Below, piece by piece: positions 12,493-25,841 of a stretch of DNA of 64,000 bases; within the stretch, counting starts at the first letter, position 1; the number at the start of each line of letters is the position of its first letter. The position numbers and the translations under genes were made by a program. The DNA comes from Selaginella moellendorffii. Taxonomy: Eukaryota; Plantae; Lycopodiophyta. The stretch lies in contig NW_003314262.1 of NCBI RefSeq assembly GCF_000143415.4, positions 5,548,364-5,612,363 on the forward strand, given 5' to 3'. The notes below the pieces were generated by a model. The model did no database searches. It worked only from the letters and a program-made list of their open reading frames with translations, and was not told the DNA's origin.

Positions 12493-15397
12493 CTTCGCTG
12501 GTAAGCTCGTGGCTTCCTTCTCTTCCTTCTAACTCCTTTCTTGGCTTTCGTCCTTGCAGACGCCCGCTACCAATCTAAACTAGAAGTGTAAGCAGTGATA
12601 TGATCTTTTTTCGTGTTCTTCCTCCGTGACCGTGTCCACTTTGCCAGGATCCCCTATCTATCCTACGATTCAGGAGGTCAGAGAATCCAGCCAGCGAGAG
12701 GAAATGGACCAGAGAGAGTGTGGGAGGCCAGAGCCGAGTACATGAAACGTACGTATATATCTCACCAGAGAGGAAGAAGAAAAAAGAGAGAGCACTTCGT
12801 CGTGAAAGAGAGTGAGATGATAGTGTGAGTGATCTTCTCCTTGGTTTCTCTCAATCTATCTTCCTATCTTCGTTTTGCTGCCACTTCTCGAGCGTTCTTG
12901 CCTCCACCACCCTCTCCAAAAGAGCCCAGAGAGAAAGAGGGAGAATGAAGGCAAAGCACGGCTGCCTTCTTTCTCACTCTTTCTCCCCCTCTCGAAGCGC
13001 GCTACCTAATGGAGCCTCAAAGCTCGCGCAGTGCCGCGCCTCAATCCCGGGCGATCCCGCGACTGTCCATCCGCATTGCTCACGCGGCGCGCTCAGCCGA
13101 GAGGAAAGCCCCCTGGATCCTGCCCACCACCGACACAGCCCAGCTCCGGCGATGCCGGATTGACGCACCAAACTCGCAGATCCGCAATGTGGGTCGGCAA
13201 TGTAGGCCGCGGGGATTCGTGGGCAGTGCTCCGATGGGACGATCGAGGCCTAGATCGCTGTGGATGAATCGCTAGACCCCTCTCTTCTATCTCCAAAACA
13301 AAAGGATATCTCTCCCAGGAGCTCTAAACCCCTCTTTTTCGCTCTTTTTCTATACGATCTTCTCTCTCTCCCAGGCCAGGTGCGTGCCGATTAAATGCTC
13401 TGGATGAATAAACAAATGCGCGGCGCGGCACAGTGGATGAGAGAGACGAGGACGCGCGCGAGTGAGAAGATCTCTCTCTCCTCTCTTTGCGAGCGGTGCG
13501 AATCGAGACTGGAATCCTTGAGAGCTCGAGGCAATTAGCGAATCCAGCGGAGTGGTGGTAATCAGTGCTCAAAGTGGTGGTGAAAACCACCGAATTGGGG
13601 AAGAAACCGATGAGAGCTTAGCACGCCAAGAATCTCTCTCTCTCTCTCTCGTCAAGCTCTCGTCAATGTTCCTTTGTTGATTTCTTTCTCCTTTCCTGCA
13701 GTTTTTTTGTGCATGGTTTTTTCCTTCTTTTCGCGTCTCTAATCCTCTGTGAAATCGCAGAGATTTCCACAGTGATGGCATTGAATGCGATTGCCACAGG
13801 CTTGCCCGCTTGGCGTCTCTGTGTACCGCGCGACATTAATTGCGTATATGCACTGGCTCGCTGGCCCCCAATTCTTAGCAGGGGAAAAAGACGAGACGTG
13901 TCTGCTGCAAATTTCTGCTTGATCATCGAAATTCGTCGCTAGGCCGGCTCCGTTTCCACCAAAGCGTTCGAATTCGATCGGGAATTACGAGCCAATCGAC
14001 CGGAGCAGGGGCAAAGTGATAGTGATCTTGCCCATTTTGCGGGCGCGAATTTTTTTGAAAATTTTGAAAATTAGGGCGCTGTTCTAGAGGAATCCTACGA
14101 CCGTCATTAAGCCAGCTGTTACGCTTAACGGTTAGCGATTAAGTACTAGCTAACGGAAGTTCTAGGGACTTTTAGGTTAGGTCCGTTTTTTAACTTTTAC
14201 TCCGGGGGCGTGCCGGCATTTATTGTAGTGCTCTGCCGTCGGATGGGCGATACTGGGCCTGGCAGCGACGGCTGCGATGCGGAGTTCGTGGGATGTTTCA
14301 GGTCAAAAACGCATGGCTCGGTGTTTCAACTTGTCGATTGCCAAGATTTTTAAGCATCGATGCGAGTAATCTAATCTACGTGTTTGCATGCTTCGATTGT
14401 TTACCATTTTTTTTTCTAGTTTCTCACCTCGTCGGTCAGTGACCACCTTGAAATTCATAGAAAATGGGCTTGTTTCGATTGATTCGTCTTGCCTTAATGC
14501 TGCAAGAACTCCGCTCAGTTTGTGTTGTTTTGCTTGCTTGCGGATCAAAAACATTCTATAAGATCAATGAATGCTGCACACGGGTTTGGGTTTTGTTTCC
14601 TCTCGTCGCCCTCTTTCCAGGATCAAGTCTCAAGGACATGGAGTTAATATCTGGGTTGCTCAATCTCCCTTTTGGTTATCCTGACGTTTTTTTAACCTTG
14701 ATCCAGCACAAACCCTAGAAAAAGGTGGTGGCGTGGCAGATATCACGTCTTGGTCTCCCTCCCAAACTGCACATTCAATTCCCCTGCGGCAATTGCCAAT
14801 GTGGCATGCAGCTGCTACGCAAAAGGAACGCATTCAATTCTCCTGCGAGATCCATCGCTTCGTCTCGTTCGTCTCGAGACAAAAACGGTGGCAACACAAC
14901 TCAACTCACCAGCTGTAATTGAAGCGAACTCGAGACCTCACTGCTCGGCCCGCCACCTTTGCTGTTGTTCATTGAATCGAAACGAAATCCACCCATCCGC
15001 AGAGCGATCCAGTCCAAACGTTACATTGATCTTTTCTATGCTTCGTCACACCCTTGGATTCTTTCCCAGCCTTTTATTGTGCTTGTGACGTGAGAGTTTT
15101 CTCTCTCCGTGCCGTGCCGCGCGGCATACCGCCCGCCGGCGGCACGGCGTGGCGGCACCGCCTGCTGGGATGTTGACCGCCACGCGTCATTCAGGTAGCT
15201 TTCCATAACCGTGTGTGGCGGCGATCTTGCCGGAAGATAATTCCCGATGGTCGTGCACACGCCACGTCATGTCTGGCATGCCATGCAATGCGCGTGAAAG
15301 AAATCAAATTTTCTGTTCTTACTTTTACCGCCATTAACTTTCTCACGCAACAGGATATTCTCTGCCGTGGAATATTCAACCTAGAACCCTAAAGAAT

Positions 15398-15446
15398 TTT
15401 CGCGCCGAATGGAAAAATGTGAACGTTGGGGCTTTGTCTAGGGTTT
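15398..15446 (+). promoter_or_regulatory. E2F site (TTTCGCGC, overlapping an inverted TTCGGCGC) and telo-box (TAGGGTTT) in the CDT1 promoter/5' UTR
   Basis: ttttcgcgccgaa at 15397-15409 and tagggttt at 15439-15446, just upstream of ATG 15461. CDT1 is an established E2F target. Confidence 0.7.
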
Positions 15447-15460
15447 TCCGGGAGCTCGCC

Positions 15461-17036
15461 ATGGAACAACGGGTGAGGCGCAATCTTCTGGGTGGATCGT
15501 CTATGGTGCTCGGCAAGGAGATGGGATCGCCGGAGAAGAAGCTCAAGAAGAGCGCCCCTGCTTCCAAGAGGTACATTCTTTGTTCTAGGGTCTGGATCCG
15601 AGACCGTGGGTTTGGGCGCCAGGGCGCTGGAGGAATTTTTCGAGGCTCTAGAGTCGACCGTGGCGCTGCTGAAGATTCGTAAGCAGTCGTGTACATTCGC
15701 TGCTGTGTCTGCGCCTGTGGAGGCCCTCACAAAGAGGTTTTCTTTTTTTTCTTGTGTTCTTTCTTCTTACATTGTCTCTCATTTGGGCAGGCGTTTTCTT
15801 CGCTCTCATCTGGCCAAGATCAAGTATCTCTTCCCGGAAGCGGTCGAATGCGACTCTTTTACGTGGAAAGACCCCGACACCTCTTCGTTAAAGACGGACA
15901 TACGGATAAAACTCCTACCATTTTCTCCCGAGCAGCCAGCTTCCGTGTCGAAATCCGTCAGTGGAATGGCGAGAAAATGGAGTGCCGACACCGTCGCTCG
16001 GAGGCGTGAATTTCAGAAGAGGATTGCTGCCTTCGAGAAAGATGACGAGGTTCCGGAAGCACAGCTCGTGGAAGAAGTGACGAAGATCAAGGTTCCAGAC
16101 TTGGACACAGGCGCGGCACCCATCCCCAACGTTTTAGCTGGCAAAGTGGTGATCAAGTCTGGATACGAGGATATAGTCGAGCGGAGGCTTCAGTCGGACG
16201 ATGCAATAACTACGTCGCATTTCTCACCTTCGTTTCGTCGCCACTTCTCCGCAAGACAGAGAAAAGTGGAATCTTCTGAGCTACAACAAGCTTCTCCAGA
16301 GCCTGAAACTCCTCAAACCTGCAAGGTTGCTCCTCGAGCTACGACAGGGGCATTCACGGGTCCCGATTCTACTTCCAGGCTTTATGCTTCCGCTGATACT
16401 CTTCCAAAGATCGATCACGACGCTCCCACACCTCCGAGGCGTCAGAGCGTTGTCAAATCTCTCCAGTTCGGAAGTGCGGAAAAGAAAAAAATTCTCGAGT
16501 CTATTCCAAACGATCTTCTTCACTCGGTAAATTCCTGTTGAGTTTCAGAGGAGTGCTGACAAGGCTTTTTTTTTCTTAGGTGCATGAAAAGGAACAGAAG
16601 GAGCTAGAGGAAAAGAGCATAGACAAGAGACGACAACAGATGCTTTCCGGGCTTCCACACTTTCTCAACATGACAAGGCTCATTTTTCAATCCTTGGGTC
16701 GCAGCACAATGCTACACAAAGACCTCGTCGAGCAAATCGAGTCCTCCGCAACTGAAATAACAGACAAAAGTACGTGAATGTTTTCTTTAAAGGTTTTTGT
16801 GACAACTAACGCTGGAGGAATCGACAGATGAAATCGAGGAAAGGCTGCAGTTGCTACTAGAGCTAGCTCCGGAGTGGATTTCCTCGCGAGCTTCACTTGT
16901 TGGAGGCACGCTTTACAGGTGAAAGCAAGCAGCACTTTACACTCCGATCTTGTTTTTAACCGAAATAGTTGCTCTCAGGGTCCAAAAGACGGCTGAATTT
17001 TCCACGATCCGCAAGAGAATGCTGGATGCTGCTTAA
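15461..17036 (+). CDS. CDT1: CDT1-like replication licensing factor; exons 15461-15570, 15623-15736, 15791-16526, 16580-16769, 16828-16918, 16979-17036
   Basis: LEEFFEALESTVALLKIRKQSCTF..V...TKRRF..SHLAKIKYLFPEA (CDT1 domain) and KRRQQMLSGLP...IEERLQLLLELAPEWIS (C-terminal winged helix). GT-AG introns are in phase. Confidence 0.9.
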
Positions 17037-17072
17037 AAGGTAAGTTGCCGGTTGTAGCAAAAACCTTTAAAA

Positions 17073-19407
17073 TCAGATTGACGCCGGAAAGGAGCTCATG
17101 TTTCCAGAATCTCTGCCGGACAGTGGCTCCGAAAGTTTGCTGTCTCTGCCGGACTCGGAAAGTTTGCTCGGAGGCCTCGTATCCTGTTCCTTCAGCGATT
17201 CCAGAATGTCCTCCAAGCTCTTCGCCACGTTTGTCATGGACGGCCTCATTTTCCCCCTGACGTCCGTGCATTCCAGAGCCAGCTTCGCCGCACGGTACAG
17301 CGGCTCCGGCATCTCGGGCACAGCCAGGGCCGGATCAAAGAGCTGGTGAAGGGTGTCATCGTTGAGCAGCTCCTTGGCCCAGATGACAATGTTTTGCACC
17401 GGCCGGAAGTGATCAACTGGCTTCTGGCCAGAGAGAAGCTCCAAAAGAACAACTCCGAAGCTGTAGACGTCGCTCTTAGTGGTGAGTTTCATGAAGAATC
17501 CATACTCGGGGTCGAGGTAGCCGGGAGTTCCGACGATGGTCATGTTGCTGAGATGAGTTGCCGATCCCAGCGGGCCAAAGAGCGACAGTCCAAAGTCCGA
17601 GACGTGAGCGTTCCACTCGTCGTCCAAGAGAATGTTGGCGGACTTCACGTCCCGGTGGATGATGGGCGGACAGGCATACTTGTGGAGGTACTCCAGTCCG
17701 CGAGCGGCTTGAGCAGCGAGCTTGATCCGGCAAATCCACTGCAGGCCAGCGCTCGGCCCAGATCTCGCGAAGATGTTATCATACAGCGATCCTCTCGACA
17801 TGAACTCGAAGACGAGCAGCTTCTCCTCCATGCAGTAGCCGACCAAGTTTACCAGGCACGAGTGGTGCGTTCTCGTGAGGAGCTGGAGTTCCTTCTCGAA
17901 GAGCTCGCTCGATCTGCCAAAAGTTTGTGAGGTGGTGGGAGGAACGAGAAATCGGAAAGCTTGATCGATCTTACCTGGTGCTTGAAGTGCTAGCTCGCTT
18001 GATCGCTACTGCCTGGCCGTTCTCTAGCACGCCTTTGTAGACAGTCCCAAACGCTCCCTTGCCGAGCACCATCTCTTCGCTATAGCTGTTCGTCGCGACT
18101 TCCAGCTCCAGGGCCGACATAGCGAGCGCTTGACCGGCGGACCGCTCGTTCTCGTTCTTGCTCGCTACCGCCTCTAGCTTCCCGTCACCCTGTTGCTTTG
18201 GATCATCCTCTTTGCTCTTCTCACGCCGGAGGAGATAGAGCCATGTCGCTAGCACGAGCAAACTTCCCAAGAACAAAGCTGCCGCGATGAGCAAGATCAC
18301 CAGAGCAGTGGAACGAGGCTGCGATCTTGTGTCGCATTTCCTATCGCCTAACGGACCGCAAGGAGAAGCCTCGGAGTTGCCAACGCACACCGAGCAATCC
18401 AAGCACACCTTGTCTCTCACCACTGGGCACAGCTGATCCGCGGCCTGGAACTGGCTCCTCCCACACTCGCTGACGCACATTCCCCGGCTGATCGTGAAGT
18501 TCTTCTGGTACCGAGGATACCACACCGAGTTGCCCCAGCACACCACGTCCATGGGAGGATCCATCCTCATCCCGCAAGTGTAGAAGTCCCCGGCGGCGAT
18601 CTGCGAGAAGGAAACGTCCAGTGGAGCCATGAGCTTGCCGTTGTCTTGGTCTCCCCAGCATAGAACTTGGCGATTGTCCGCGCGGATCCCACAGGTGTGA
18701 TAGAGCCCTCCAGCGATGGATAGAAACTGCAGTCCAGTGGGAGGGATCGACTGTCCATGGTCGGCGGTCCCCCAGCAGCACAGCCTCCCGAGTAGAGTCA
18801 CTCCACAGGCAGTGTTTCCTCCCGCGAAGATGGATCCAAAGGTCTCGTTGGATGGCTGCAAGATCTCCTTGCGGAGATCGCCCCAGCAAGCCACTGTTCC
18901 AGCTTGAGTGAGGCCGCAGGAGAATCCCCAGCCGGAGACCAAGCTCGCGAATGCCATTCCAGCCGGCGGCGCTGGGATCCTCCCCCAGCAATCCACGAAT
19001 GAGTTGTCGCTGCGTAGCGCGCAGACGTGGAATCCCCCGGAGGCCACGATCGAGTAGCTAACTTGCTGAAGTTCTTGCGGGACTTGGAGCTCTCCCCAGC
19101 AAACAATGAAATGCGATCCATACTCGACGCCACAGGCGAAGTGCCCGCCGCCGGAGAGCGCCAGGAACTGGGTCGTGTCGGGCGGATTGCTCCCGTTGTG
19201 GTGAATTCCCATGCATCTAACGCGGAGATCCGTGGCGTGGAGAGCGCACAAGGCAAAAGTACCTGGGATTGGGATGCCGGGGTCTGCACTGCCGCTCCAC
19301 ATGGCGGCGATCGTCCCCATGGGGCTGAATCCACGCACGGATGATCGCTGCTGGAGGATCGCGAGGGCGACGATGAAGAGCCAAATCGCTGCTGTAGTGT
19401 TGAGCAT
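17073..19407 (-). CDS. CRINKLY4-related receptor-like kinase, copy A; exons 17975-19407 and 17073-17913
   Basis: Signal peptide, repeated ..SGG.H.CG....V.CWG crinkly/RCC1-like repeats, Cys-rich TNFR-like segment, TM helix, and kinase motifs GKGAFG, AIK, HRDVKSANILLD, DFG, GTPGYLDPEY. Confidence 0.93.
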
Positions 19408-19435
19408 TTGATCTTGAAATGTGGCGCCGCCAGGA

Positions 19436-19597
19436 CGAGAGAGAGAGAGAGAGAGAGAGGAGAGATCACGATTTGGGAGATCGAAAAATATTACCCGGAT
19501 TTGAGAGGTTGGCGACAAGACCCACGACAGATTCTGCGACAAGAGGATTAGAAGTCCTCATATTATGCAAGAGTGAGAGACAGAGAGAGAGAGAGAG
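19436..19597. repeat. (GA)n microsatellites upstream of kinase copy A
   Basis: gagagagag runs at about 19436-19465 and 19574-19597. Confidence 0.8.
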
Positions 19598-20077
19598 TTT
19601 TAGCCCCGGGTGACGGATTAAACGATCTCCTTGGTAGATTCCCTAGAATATTCAGAAACTTTAATTTCTTAAATAAACTACTGTGCTTGATATTAAAAGT
19701 ATATTTCTCCCAGGTTTAAAATCAATTATAGTAAAACGTTAAAAAAAGTTTGCAAATATTTTAATATTTTGTAATCATATTCAAAATTCAATGTGCTTCA
19801 TACCTAACTAATCCTCGACTACACAACTCTTGACAAATATGTAGACGCCCAAATTGTAGCAGTATAGTCACTTCAAACCGCCCTCCATCTTCTTTCCGCT
19901 GCAATCTCTTTTGGGATATTTCTATGAAGTGGTGCCCATTGAAACGTTCCAGGTGACCAAGAAGGATAACGTCTTGAGTGTGTAGCTTGAACGAATCATA
20001 GATTTTGATTGGAATACCCTCTCCAGTATTAAAACTCACTTTTGCCGCCAAAAAGTTTTTAAACATTTGAAGACGAC

Positions 20078-22343
20078 TTAGATTGCATAGTAGACTGGAG
20101 CCTCGCCGCGGCTGTCTTCTTGTGCATGGAGTTCCTCCAAAATCTCCTCCAAGCTCTTGGCCACCTCCGTCATGGACGGCCTCTCCTTGCCGCTCACTTT
20201 GGTACACTCGAGCGCGAGCTCTACCGCGCGGTACAGCGGCCCCGACGCAGCCGGCACGTCCAGGGCCGAGTCCAGCACCGCGTGCAGCGCGTCATCCTCC
20301 ATCAGCTCCACCGCCCAAGCCACGATGTGGCGCGCTGGCCGGAACGGGTCCATGGGCTTGGCGCCCGACAAGAGCTCGAGCAGCACCACTCCAAAGCTGT
20401 AGACGTCGCTCTTGGACGTGAGCTTCATGGATAATCCATACTCCGGGTCGAGATAGCCGGGAGTTCCAACGATGGTCATGTTGCTGAGGTGAGTTGCCGA
20501 TCCCAGTGGGCCGAAAAGTGAGAGTCCGAAGTCCGAGACGTGGGCGTTCCAGTCGTCGTCTAGAAGGATGTTGGCCGATTTCACATCCCTGTGGATGATC
20601 GCCGGACAGGCGTACTTGTGGAGATATTCGAGTCCGCGAGCGGCTTGAGCGGCGATCTTGATCCGGCAAATCCACTGGAGGCCAGCGTCTGGACGTGATC
20701 CACAGAAAATGTTGTCGTAGAGTGATCCTCTCGACATAAACTCGAAGACGAGGAGCTTCTCTTCCATGCAGTAGCCGACCAAGTTAACCAGGCACGAGTG
20801 GTGAGTTCTCGTCAGCAAATGGAGTTCCTTCTCGAAGAGCTCGCTGGATCTGTTTAGTTTACAAGGCGAAGATAGAAAAACTCTCGAAGGAAAATGAAGA
20901 CTGTGAAGTACCTGTTGTTGGAGATGATAGCTCGTTTGATCGCTACTGCTTGACCATTCTCTAGCACGCCTTTGTAAACAGCCCCGAATGCTCCCTTGCC
21001 GAGCACCATCTCATCGCTATAGTAGCCCGTCGCAACTTCAAGTTCTAGCGGCGACATAGCGACCACGCGCGGCGCAGCAGAGAAATCGTTTTCGTTCCTG
21101 GTTGCTGGAATCTCTTTCTTGCCAGCATCTTGTCTGTCATCCTCTTTACGTCTCAGGCAGAGATAAGCGCAAATCACTGCAAACCCCAGGGCCAGGATCA
21201 CCGCCACCAATATCAGCACTAGAGCAAGCCTTCTTCTAAGCTGACGTTGATAACTTCGAGCGCTTGCGGTAGTAGAGATTCCAAAGCCACACATCCTATC
21301 AGCGCTGGCACCGCACGCCGATATCTCTTGCATGTTGAGGCACTGTGAGCATGCCAGGCACACCTTGTCCCGCAAAACAGGACATGGCAGCGAGAGCTGG
21401 TCGAACTGGTACTCGTCTCTTCCACACGCGCTCACGCACGGAGCCGGGCTGACGTTGAAGCTCGCTTCATGAGGATAGACCACCGAGTTCCCCCAGCAAA
21501 GCACTTGCATGGCTCGATCCAATCTCACTCCACACGTATAGAAGTCCCCAGCCGCAATCGCGGAGAACGGTACGTCCAAAGGAGCACTAAGTTGCGCATG
21601 CTCGTTGTTTCCCCAGCACAGGACGCGACGATCATCCGCCCGGATCCCGCAAGTGTGATACAGTCCCCCAGCAATCGCCAAGAACTTAAATCCAACCGGA
21701 GGACGAGACTGGCCATGATCATCTCCTCCCCAGCAGCCTAAGTCCCCTAACGAAGTTACTCCACAGACGTTGGAACTTCCAGCAAAGATGGCCCTGAAAG
21801 TCTGGTTAACCGGCTGCGCTACATCCTGCCTAAGTCCCCCCCAGCAAATCGCTGATCCCTCTCGAGTGAGCCGCAGGAGAATCCCTTCCCGGAGATCAAA
21901 GACGCAAACGCCAGCTTTGGAGGAGGCTGATCGATGTTCCCCCAGCAATCCACGTTTGAGTTGTCACCGCGTACCGCACAGACGTGATCACCACCCGAGG
22001 CTACGCTGGTGTAGCTAACCTGTTGGAAGGTGTCCGGGACAGTGATGATTCCCCAGCAAACTAAGAAGTGGGATCCATAGTCGAGGCCGCAAGTGAAGAG
22101 GCCACCACCGGAGAGCGCGAGAAACTCCTTCTCCTTTGGCGGAAGGCTGTTGTTGTGTGAAGTTCCCAGGCATTCTACATAGAGAGCCGTGGCTTGTATG
22201 GCGCATACAGAGAAAGCACCTGGAACGGGGTTGTCTTGGCCGCTCCATGTCGCGGCGATCGTTCCCATAGGATTGAACCCCTCGGCTGGAAGGCTTGCGA
22301 GGAGACATGCCGCAAGCACCGCTGCCGCTACGAAAGGGGGCAT
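20078..22343 (-). pseudogene. CRINKLY4-related receptor-like kinase, copy B; intact except a 1-nt frameshift near 21870; exons 20912-22343 and 20078-20849
   Basis: Same architecture and intron position as copy A. TGC GG- CTC here vs TGC GGC CTC in copy A splits the ectodomain across two ORFs. Could be a recent null allele or a sequencing error. Confidence 0.8.
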
Positions 22344-23801
22344 TTCTTGCTCGATTTCTTGGCGAGAGCCGCGGCGCCGGTGTGGGGAGGAGTAATGGAG
22401 CGATAGAGCAAGAGGAAACCTGCGCAGCGGATTTTCCAAGATCCATGTGGCATGTCGATCCAGACAAGATCGTTTGCTGATTTCCCAAGGAACATCCCAT
22501 AAACCCTAGCTAGTCAATTCAAATTTAACGCGGGAATAAACACTTCCATAAAGGTTATTAAACGCTTATTTCGTATTAACAGGAGAACACACATTTTAAA
22601 CACTGGTTTAGGGTTTAGGGTCTAATTAACTCGCTACTTGTTCTACAGCCAACCATAGGTCAAGTTGTAATTCGTTGTGCTTGCTTAAATACAAAAACCT
22701 GCAAGCTAGGTTACTAGCTTTTAGGTATATAATATAGCTTTCAATTTGGAAATTATTTGGTTGTGATAGTTGAAAGGTTGAAGCACATGTATTTAAGTTC
22801 TCCCCTTATATGCTTTTATTTTATAAGGAATTTTAAATATCTACAAGTTATAATAAAATATTGGCTCAACAGTCTTTATTTTGACTAATTGGAGATTAAT
22901 ATTTGAGCTTGTCACAATGAGAAAGAAAACTTCCTGAGCTACCTCTCTAAATTTTATTGTATTATATATCAATTATATAGTATGAAGTAATGAATTCTTT
23001 GGTGTCTTTCTGATTCTAACTTGATGTTTTATAGGTTTAGTGCAAGCTTATCAACTAGTAATACTGCATGCAAAGAGGTTTCTCACTCCAAAACTATTTT
23101 AAAATGAGAGTTTGTTTATACTATGTTTAGCTTAAATCCTAAAATAATATATTGGGTTTTAAAATTTGAAGAGATTTAAAAGCTAAACATAAACTATTAA
23201 ATATAATTCATTTTGTTAAATGAAAGCTTGTTATTTAGCAATTGATAACTAAAAATTTGAGATGCTCCTCAAAAATATGGTAGAGGTTCTAATGAAATTT
23301 AAATGCCCTTTAATTATTTTCTTAACAACTGAATTACATCATGAATTAACTTCAAATAACTTCTCCCACCATATGACTTGGAGCTTTGGCACAATTGCTA
23401 TAATTTATTGATGGTAATGTGGTCTTAATCAATATTATTGAAAGTGTTAAATAAAGAGATTGAAATCTTGAAGAATTTTTCAAAAAAGAGGGAGAACATG
23501 AAGATGTGTCCCAACCAAAGAGATTCAAAAGGCTACATAAAATGTTGAAGTGGAATATTAGTTAAGCTGTAAAACAATTGAAATTTTGACTTTGTTGAGA
23601 AAACTATGGAACCCAAACCATGTATCATACTTTATTAACATACCAATCTTTAACTTTAAATTAAGAAGCCATAATTTATATTAAATATTTTATTAAAGTT
23701 GCAAATGAAGTGTTGTGTTAGATTGCTCTAACACTTTCTAGGACTTTTACAGAGTATTTATATTTGATTAGAGCTAAATAATAAAATTTGAGGAAGCCAT
23801 T

Positions 23802-24094
23802 GAATGTTTTATTTCGTTAAAGTGGGACTTTTCATAATCCTACTTATGGTGTGTGGCCACATACCATTTTTATAACAACAATAAAAACTTGAAGTTTTAA
23901 CTTTATAATTTATAAATTAAAAACTTTTCATATGATTTTGTGTTATAATATTGTGAAATATAAAAAAATAAATTAAAAAACTGATAGAAATATTAATAAA
24001 TATTAATTAAGTACTAGGAAATGGCATGTGGACACATGCTAATTAATGTCCCACTTTACTGAATAAGTCCCACTTTAACAAAATAAAGCATTTG
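23802..24094. mobile_element. MITE-like element (about 290 bp) with terminal and subterminal inverted repeats
   Basis: gaatgttttatttcgttaaagtgggactt pairs with aagtcccactttaacaaaataaagcattt; the inner gtggccacataccattt pairs with aaatggcatgtggacac. Confidence 0.65.
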
Positions 24095-25841
24095 ATATCA
24101 TATTAAAATTTTGTCATTGAGAAAAGACAATAGAAATAATAATAAAATATTAAAATAATAAAGAAGAAAAAATAGATGTATTTAATAATTTAGCCCCAAG
24201 TTAATCCAAAAATGTAATCCATGTTAATTCCATATAATCATCTATGTGCATAGAAGGTCTTGAATTCAAATCCCATGAATAAAGGCTTGGGGTTCAATTC
24301 CCATTGTGGTCAGTAGTAGTGAATATACTCTTCATTAAAACAAAGAAAAATAAAAATTATATAACATATAATAAATTCTTTAGAAAATAATATATCACCA
24401 AATAATATTTCACCCCAAAAGGAAGTATGTGTTGTTCAAGATGTTTTTCAATAGATTTACTACTGATCTCACCAAAAAATGCATATTTTTTCATGGCAAT
24501 AGTGTTTATTACATTTCCCCTTGCAAGCCTTTTAGTGGTATATTTATTTATTTTACCATAGGCTGCATGATATAATAGTTTTAAAACTTTATTTTGTATT
24601 TATGAAAGTATCTAGTGATAAAATAGTTCTTTGTTTTGCAATCAATAAAATTACATATTTTATAAATTATATTAATTCCAAGATAACACTTCTTATAGTG
24701 TGTAAATTGGTTGTATAAACACCTTTTACATGTAGGTTTACATATGTTTTATGCAATGCCAATACAATACTTCAAAACATGCTTTTTAAATTTTACTCAT
24801 TGTGTAATCAAAGTTGTTTAAATACTTTTAAAAGGACTTGTCTCAAAGAAACATAAAAATATAATCTCTTAAATAAGATTTTCCAAAGTTAAAATAAGCT
24901 TTGATCTTAGAGTTATCAAAACAAAACATGTGGTATTTCTTACAAGGAATCTAAAGGGAAACTCATGATTGTAAGCACTTGTTATATTTTAACAATAATG
25001 GTAAAAGTTTTGTGTTAAGTAACATAAAAATTATACAAGTAATTTTGGAAGCAATTTCTATGAACCACAAGCACAATTACAAGTAATAATCTTTATGGAA
25101 GTTTCAACTTTTATGAATTTCACAAACTTGCAAATTTACATAAAACACTTGGACCACAAAAAAGAATTAAGAATGACTTACCACTAGTGGGATGATACTA
25201 GGTAAAAGCTATTTATGGTCTTTAAACCATTTTTTTATTGTGCTTGAACAAAATTCTATAGTTATTAACAACAAATAAGAATTATAAACTTTTAATCAGT
25301 GTCTAGAGAGAATGTTTAAGGTAGTTTTTCTTTAAGTTGTGATTGTCATTACTACAAAAATTATATTTAATCTTTATTTAACAGTTTTACATTTTATAAA
25401 CATTGAAGTAAATAATGGAAGATTTTTTACATAATTAATTATTATTATTAACTATGAAGCCTCTTAGAAATTAAAAGATCAATGTTTAATAATATTACTT
25501 TTAATAGTTGAACTAAAATTAATATAAATTATTGAGTGCATAGAATACAAAAATGCAATATAAAAATGTGTGTATTAAATTACCCCAAAAACCTTAGCTT
25601 ATATATATGGTTAGGATTGAAACCAATCCAATAGGTATCAAAATCCCACTACACTAATATTAATATATAACATCATAACCCTACACTTGGACCTTATATC
25701 ATCCTTTACTCTCAGAAAGATGGAAGGTAATTAAAGTCTTGTAGCGGGATTTGGAAAAATATTAAAAGGAAGCATTAGTGAATTTGTAAGTGGTGTAATT
25801 TTTTTCTGATCCAATTGTAACTATTGCACATACATAATTTT

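Noticed and set aside
13391-13400. L1-box-like TAAATGCT upstream of HD-ZIP IV
   Set aside because: One mismatch to TAAATGYA, so not distinguishable from chance.
17346-22500. Long antisense and alternative-frame ORFs over the kinases (similarly over DIM1, glucanase and H2B)
   Set aside because: Expected shadows of GC3-rich coding sequence.
22501-22620. TTTAGGG x2 and AAACCCTA
   Set aside because: Too short for an interstitial telomere; at most ordinary telo-boxes.
24250-24312. Two B-box/T-loop-like strings (gaattcaaatccc, gggttcaattccc)
   Set aside because: No cloverleaf or A box; cannot support a tRNA or SINE.
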